A DNA stretch of 64,000 nt from Candidatus Latescibacterota bacterium (GTDB taxonomy: Bacteria; Latescibacterota; UBA2968; UBA8231), in NCBI GenBank assembly GCA_965248355.1, contig OZ252098.1:576001-640000 (forward strand). The letters run 5' to 3'. The notes under the pieces are model-generated. The model had not been told where the DNA came from. It ran no database searches and saw nothing but the letters and a program-made list of their open reading frames with translations. Shown in pieces: positions 58,790 through 64,000 of the stretch; position 1 is the first letter of the stretch, and the number at the start of each line of letters is the position of its first letter. A program made the position numbers and the translations under genes.

Positions 58790-59045
58790 GGATCGGTCTC
58801 CCGGAAGGCGGCTAACGGAGCACCTGCACCCGCAGGGTTTCAAGGTCCGAGCCCTCTGAGATGCAATCCCGCCCAAGGGGTTGGCTCTCCAGGAGGGACG
58901 GCGGTATTCTTGTGTGTGTGTCCCCTGCCCGCTGTGGCGGCACCCCTTCCAGCCGCCCGAGTCCCTTCCCCCGGGCTCATCGCGGGCGGGCGGCCCTCCC
59001 GCGGACACACCCCATCCCCGTCCAACGCCGAAAGGCGGCCGTACC

Positions 59046-61658
59046 ATGCGTGTTTCCAAGGCTCTTCCGCCCGGGGCGGCCCTGGCCGTTACCCTCGGGC
59101 TCCTGCTGTCCGCCGCCGCCGGGCCCGCATCCTCCCAGACCCTGCCCGCCGAGACCCATCCGAGCCTGCTCTTCACCTCCGGGGACCTGCCCGCGCTCCG
59201 GGACCGCATCAACCGGGAGCCGTACGCGACCTGGTGGCGCACGGTGCGCGAGCGGGCCGATTCCGTGCCCTCCGACATCCCCGACGAGCGCGACAAGGTG
59301 CGCTACGCCAAGAGCTCGGCCTTCGCCTGGCTGATGACCGGCGACGAGAGCTACGCACGGCGGGCGGTGGAGCTGCTGCTCGACGTCCGCTTCCCTCCCC
59401 GCGGCGGAGACCTGGGAGAGCCCCACGCCGAGGGCGAGGTGGTGGCCCAGTACGCCGTCGCCTACGACATGATCCACGAGTACGCCGCCAACGATCCGGA
59501 TCAGCTCGAAGAGATCCGCGCGATCCTGGCGGAGGAGGCCCAGCGCATCCACGAGGGCATCGTCGTCCTGGAGGTCAACCTCGGGCTGGTCACGCTCACG
59601 ATCCGGCTCCACGAGACCCCGGACCCGCGCAATCCTCTGAAGCTGCACCTCAACAACTGGCACGTGCGCGCCTACGGCGGCCTCGGACTGGCGGCCATGG
59701 CCCTGGCCGACCACACGGGCGAGGCGAACTCGCCCCAGGAGTGGGCGGACCACGCCTTCGACCTGGTGACCCGCTCCCTGTGGCACCAGATCGACGACGT
59801 GGACGGGGGCTACGCCGAGGGGCCGTTCTACAGCCGCTACGCCGCCGACGTCTACCTGCCTTACATGTTCGCCTTGAAGAGCCTGACGGGCGTCGACCTG
59901 TTCGTCGATCCCCAGATCGAACGCATGCACCGGTGGTCCCTCAACCTGCGCCTGCCCAGCGGCCGCCGTCCCAACATCGACGACGGCCACCTCGACGACT
60001 GGTACGGGCACTACCTCTCGGCGGCTTACGAGGACGGCGGGGTCCACCGCTGGGACTGGGAGCAGAACGAGGACGGGCCGTACACCCGCCAGTTCTCCGA
60101 GATGGACGCCATCGCCATCTACGACGACTCGGTGGAGGCGGAGGCACCGGACCACGGCCCCACCGTCTTCATGCCCGATGCCGGCGACGCCGTCTTCCGC
60201 AGCGACTGGGGCGCCGGCGCCACCTACCTGCTGCTGAGGGCGGAGCACGGAACGGCCCGGGAGCAGGGATTCAGCCACGAGCACCCGGACGAGACCAGCT
60301 TCCTCCTCTACGCCGGCGGCGAGATGCTGGCCCTGGACGCCGGGTACATCAACTTCACCAACCACCACAAGATCAACCAGGGCCACAACCACAACCTGAT
60401 CCTGGTGGACGGCGAAGGGCCGCCCCTGCTCGTCGTCGAAGGGCAGTCCATCGACGGCGGCAACGACGCCTTCCTGCAGGAGACCTTCACCAGCGGCCTG
60501 GTCGAGTACGCCGAGGCGCGGGCCGGGTACGCCGGGGCCGACTTCCTGCGCAGCGTCATGTTCGTGGACGGGAGCTACTTCGTGGTGGTGGACGAGGTCC
60601 GCGGCGACGGCGCCCACACCTACCAATGGCGGCTCCACGGCCACGGCGGCGGCGACAGCGGCGGCACCTACGAACGCGATGGGAGCCTGGCCCGGTGGAC
60701 CCGGCCGCAGGCGGAGCTGCTCGCCTTCATGGCCGGGCCGGAGGGCACCACCTTCAGCGAGGCCGAGGCCCTCCACTCCTTCGACTACCTGCAGGAGTCG
60801 ACCCACACCGTGCTGCGGGTCGAGCGCGAGGGGGAGGACGTGGAGTTCCTCAGCCTGCTCTACCCGCGGCCTGCGTCGGCCCCCGAGCCCGGGCTGAGCC
60901 AGGTCGAGACGGACAGCGGCCAGGTGGTGAGGATGGGCCTGGGCGATCTCGTCGACCTGGCCTGGTCGCGCGGCGATGACCCGGGCGTGCGGTTCCCGGC
61001 GCCCGCCGGCGAGGTGGCCAGCGACGGCCGCCTGGGACTGGTGCGCTACGAGGGGGCGGAGCTGACCGGCTTCAGCTTCCAGGACGGGACCCGCCTGGAG
61101 GCCGGCGGCGAACCGGTGCTCACCGCCTCCGAGCCCGTGGACGCGAGTCTGCAGTTGGCTCCGGAGAGGGTGAAGGGGTTTCTCCGCGGGCCGTACTCGA
61201 GCTACACCGTGGCCCTGCCCATGGCCGGCTCGCTGGAAGGGGTCACCTTCAGCGGAGTCCTGCTCGCCAAGGCCGTGGAGGGGGACGTTCTCACCCTGGA
61301 GCTGGCCGGCGAGGGAATCCTGGAGATGTCCGGCGGCACCGGCGTTCTCGAGGATCTCGAGAATCGGGAGACGACGCCAGGGGAGTTCCGCCTGTCTCCG
61401 AACTATCCCAATCCCTTCAACGCCGGGACGGTCATCCCCTTCGGGCTGGCGGACCACGGGCCGGTGCGGATGACCGTCTTCAACTCCGTCGGCCGGCGGG
61501 TCCGCACCCTGGTGAACGGCGAGCTGCCGGCCGGCGCCCACCAGGCCGCCTGGGACGGCCGGGACGAGGGCGGGGAGGCGGTGGCCAGCGGCGTGTACCT
61601 GGCTCGGCTGCGCGCGGGGTCCGGCACGGCCACGAGGCGGCTGCTGCTGCTGCGGTAG
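59046..61658 (+). CDS. Secreted heparinase II/III-like polysaccharide lyase with FlgD-Ig CTD
   Basis: Signal peptide, HPSLLF, LNNW, DGGYAEGPFY, FRSDW, HEHPD, DAG, HNLILVDG; PNPFN CTD. Confidence 0.78.
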   Translation: MRVSKALPPGAALAVTLGLLLSAAAGPASSQTLPAETHPSLLFTSGDLPALRDRINREPYATWWRTVRERADSVPSDIPDERDKVRYAKSSAFAWLMTGDESYARRAVELLLDVRFPPRGGDLGEPHAEGEVVAQYAVAYDMIHEYAANDPDQLEEIRAILAEEAQRIHEGIVVLEVNLGLVTLTIRLHETPDPRNPLKLHLNNWHVRAYGGLGLAAMALADHTGEANSPQEWADHAFDLVTRSLWHQIDDVDGGYAEGPFYSRYAADVYLPYMFALKSLTGVDLFVDPQIERMHRWSLNLRLPSGRRPNIDDGHLDDWYGHYLSAAYEDGGVHRWDWEQNEDGPYTRQFSEMDAIAIYDDSVEAEAPDHGPTVFMPDAGDAVFRSDWGAGATYLLLRAEHGTAREQGFSHEHPDETSFLLYAGGEMLALDAGYINFTNHHKINQGHNHNLILVDGEGPPLLVVEGQSIDGGNDAFLQETFTSGLVEYAEARAGYAGADFLRSVMFVDGSYFVVVDEVRGDGAHTYQWRLHGHGGGDSGGTYERDGSLARWTRPQAELLAFMAGPEGTTFSEAEALHSFDYLQESTHTVLRVEREGEDVEFLSLLYPRPASAPEPGLSQVETDSGQVVRMGLGDLVDLAWSRGDDPGVRFPAPAGEVASDGRLGLVRYEGAELTGFSFQDGTRLEAGGEPVLTASEPVDASLQLAPERVKGFLRGPYSSYTVALPMAGSLEGVTFSGVLLAKAVEGDVLTLELAGEGILEMSGGTGVLEDLENRETTPGEFRLSPNYPNPFNAGTVIPFGLADHGPVRMTVFNSVGRRVRTLVNGELPAGAHQAAWDGRDEGGEAVASGVYLARLRAGSGTATRRLLLLR

Positions 61659-61686
61659 CGCCCGAACCCCACGAAAGGAGGCGTTG

Positions 61687-62748
61687 GTGAAGAAGCGCAC
61701 CTTCCGGGGCTCGCCCGCCGAGGTGGGCGCCGCCCAGGGCGCGATGGATCCCGAAGCGGCCCGGGCCTACGTGGATTTCTGGCTGGCTCGGCCGCACGAT
61801 TTCGAGGCCGCGTACTTCCGCAAGAACCTGGCCTTCATGCGGCGCGAGTTCCCGGACATGGTGGAGCAGATCGAGGCCTTCGCCGAGGCCGCCGGCCTGC
61901 CCTTCGACCACGCCTGGTACAGCCACGTGCACTGGACGGGGGCGGCGTCGGAGGCCTGCTCGACCCTGGGGATCGTCCTGGAGGAAGACGGGCCGGCCAT
62001 GCTGTCGACCAACGACGGACACGACGACACGGTGCCGGGCACGGTGGCCAACACCGTGGTCTCCATCTTCCCCGACGCCCGGCCCCACGGGATGATGGGA
62101 CTCGGCGGCCAGCGGCACGTCACCCTGGGGGCGGCCGTGAACGACTCCGGGTTGGCGGTGGGGGCCAACTCGGGGCACCGCAGGTTCAACCCCGTCTCCA
62201 ACCCCGAGTGTCTCAACCTCTACTTCATCGTCCACCTGCTGGCCCAGCACTGCGCCGACTGCGGCGACGTGCGCCACTTCGTCGAGCAGTACCGCCTCTC
62301 CGGACAGAAGGGGATGATCCTGGTCACCGTCGACGCCGCGGGCAACATCCTCGGCCTGGAGCTGGAGTCGGAGAACATCGCCGTCTCCGAGGCCCAGGAC
62401 GGCCTGCTCCTGGAGGTCAACCACTGGCAGCACCCCAGCCTCCAGGTGCCCTCCCGCCAGGCGAATCCCGACTGGTGGAACGGGTCCTACTACTACAACT
62501 CCCAGGCGCGGGTCATGTACTTCCACCACTTCCGCAACGTCTTCGCGCGCATGAGGACCATGCAGGAGCTGGTCGATTTCTCCTTCGACGTCCACGCGCC
62601 GGGGCGCATCCTGCAGATGCCGGGACTGAACGTGGACGACCTGATCTCCTGTCAGGTGATGTTCGCCTCCGCGAGGCAGCGGATGATGAGGATCTACCTC
62701 CATCCCCTGGGCAAGGACGAGTACGAGGAGTTCCGCTATCCGGAGTGA
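61687..62748 (+). CDS. Peptidase C45 / Ntn-hydrolase (acyl-CoA:6-APA acyltransferase-like)
   Basis: GSPAEVGAAQG, A-CST nucleophile site, VNDSGLAVGAN, VNHW; AAGGAGG RBS favours the GTG at 61687. Confidence 0.65.
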   Translation: MKKRTFRGSPAEVGAAQGAMDPEAARAYVDFWLARPHDFEAAYFRKNLAFMRREFPDMVEQIEAFAEAAGLPFDHAWYSHVHWTGAASEACSTLGIVLEEDGPAMLSTNDGHDDTVPGTVANTVVSIFPDARPHGMMGLGGQRHVTLGAAVNDSGLAVGANSGHRRFNPVSNPECLNLYFIVHLLAQHCADCGDVRHFVEQYRLSGQKGMILVTVDAAGNILGLELESENIAVSEAQDGLLLEVNHWQHPSLQVPSRQANPDWWNGSYYYNSQARVMYFHHFRNVFARMRTMQELVDFSFDVHAPGRILQMPGLNVDDLISCQVMFASARQRMMRIYLHPLGKDEYEEFRYPE

Positions 62749-62758
62749 GGCGCGGCCC

Positions 62759-64000
62759 ATGACGATCGAGATCGAGGGCAGGGTGCGGGAGGCGGGCTCC
62801 GGCCGGGGGCTGGCGGATGTGTGTGTCTCCAACGGCGAGCACGTGGTCAGGACCGATGCCGGGGGCCGCTACGAGCTGGAGATCGAGCCGGGGGAGCACC
62901 GGTTCGTGTGGGTCACGGTGCCCGGGGGCTTCCGGCTGCCCGCGGACTTCCACCGCTCCACCCGCGGCTGGGACGCCTCCCGGCGGGACGTCGACTTCGA
63001 TCTCGTGCCTGAGCCCGGGGGGGAGAGCCGGACCTTCCGGCTGGCCCACGTGACCGATACCCACGTGGGAGCGGTGGGGTACCGCATGACGGGCGAGATC
63101 GTGCAGGGGGACCTGCGCGACCTGATCGGCGAGGCGGCGCCGGACCTGATCGTGGTGACCGGCGATCTGACCGACTGGGGGACGCCGCCGGAGCTGGAGA
63201 GCTTCCGCGAGGCGGCCGGGTCCGTGGCGACCCCGGTGCTGCCCATGTTCGGCGGCCACGACGGCAACCGGGAGCGCTTCGGAGATCTGTCGGCCGACCG
63301 GCTCGCGGAGTTGAAGCGCAACCGCCAGCAGGAGGAGATCCGGCGGATCGTGCGGCGGCAGGAAGGCGTCAGCTTCACCCGGAACTACGAGGAGGTCCTC
63401 GGGCCCGCCTGGTACAGCTTCGACCGGGGAGGCCGGCACTTCGTCCTCTATCCCAACGAGGAGAACTTCCTCTCCCCTCGCGACCGGGAGCGGAAGCAGG
63501 CCTGGCTGCTGAGCGACCTGGCCGCGCAGCCCGCCGGCCGGGAGGTGGTCGTCTTCACTCACATCCCCCCGTCGGCGGCGCTGCTGGACCTCCTGAGCGG
63601 CTCCGGCGCGCGGCTGGTCCTGCACGGGCACTGGCACTCGAGCAAGCTCTTCGTCCACGGCGGGATGGTGATCGCCGGGACGCCCCCCATCGGCATCGGG
63701 GGCCTCGACACCCGCCCCCGGGGCTACCGTCTCGTCGACTTCGGGGAAGGGGAGGCGCAGATCGCCCTCAGGCCCCTGGTCCGGGGCGGCTCCCCCGCCT
63801 CCCGGGAAGAGCCGCCGATCACGCTGGAGGAGGGCAGCGGACCTCTGGAGATCCGCTGGACGCACCGGCTGCCGGCGGGGCTGCACCGGGCGGCGCCGGT
63901 GGCCTCGGACGGCCGGGTCCTGGTGAGCCTGGCTCACGAGGAAGATCCCGGTGGCAGCGGCGTGGCCTGTGTCGACGGCCGCAGCGGCGAGCGGCAGTGG
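62759..64000 (+). CDS. Metallophosphoesterase with N-terminal MetallophosN and start of a PQQ-like beta-propeller (partial)
   Basis: Manual translation: VCVSNG..VVRTDAGGRY, HVTDTH, VTGDLTD, GGHD, FTHIP, LHGHWH, then APVASDGRVLV...VDGRSGERQW; runs off the window. Confidence 0.78.
   Translation, partial: MTIEIEGRVREAGSGRGLADVCVSNGEHVVRTDAGGRYELEIEPGEHRFVWVTVPGGFRLPADFHRSTRGWDASRRDVDFDLVPEPGGESRTFRLAHVTDTHVGAVGYRMTGEIVQGDLRDLIGEAAPDLIVVTGDLTDWGTPPELESFREAAGSVATPVLPMFGGHDGNRERFGDLSADRLAELKRNRQQEEIRRIVRRQEGVSFTRNYEEVLGPAWYSFDRGGRHFVLYPNEENFLSPRDRERKQAWLLSDLAAQPAGREVVVFTHIPPSAALLDLLSGSGARLVLHGHWHSSKLFVHGGMVIAGTPPIGIGGLDTRPRGYRLVDFGEGEAQIALRPLVRGGSPASREEPPITLEEGSGPLEIRWTHRLPAGLHRAAPVASDGRVLVSLAHEEDPGGSGVACVDGRSGERQW

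Noticed and set aside
58790-59045. TG dinucleotide run and possible leader RNA before the lyase gene
   Set aside because: The run is short and no recognisable riboswitch is present; it may be only a divergent promoter region.

Overview
A GC-rich bacterial chromosome segment. Several secreted proteins end in a 'PNPFN...WDGRD..G..A.SGVY' (FlgD-Ig/T9SS-like) tail, one giant protein carries plant-type LRRs, and DUF6785-type transporters and FG-GAP proteins are present. This is consistent with an FCB-affiliated uncultured lineage (Latescibacterota/Gemmatimonadota-like), possibly a sponge or other host symbiont; that placement is inference. From left to right: (1) the 3' end of a pspA-like gene and a tightly coupled polyamine/membrane cluster (Tat-exported flavin oxidoreductase, membrane-fused SpeE, DUF4178-like protein, lipoprotein, DUF350-like protein, K+ channel, SpeD); (2) a relic of DISARM-like helicase genes with a Phd-VapC cassette bracketed by an 84-bp imperfect direct repeat; (3) a sugar-acid catabolic cluster ending in uxuA; (4) broken TA modules; (5) a secreted DUF362-FlgD protein, a DUF6785 transporter and amidohydrolases; (6) a ~1500-aa LRR/Ig/FN3 surface protein; (7) a second DUF6785 cluster with an enolase-superfamily dehydratase and a sialidase-like protein; (8) yefM-yoeB, a nonsense-interrupted BacNav-type channel, Uma2 and tRNA-Phe; (9) murA-DUF362-MazG, IS256, miaB-mtaB, a second DUF362-FlgD paralog, pcrA-mltG, two ABC permeases and a heparinase-like/C45/metallophosphoesterase cluster. 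Many junctions hold short decayed gene fragments. No CRISPR array or rRNA was seen. All family calls come from recognising motifs by eye; no searches were run.
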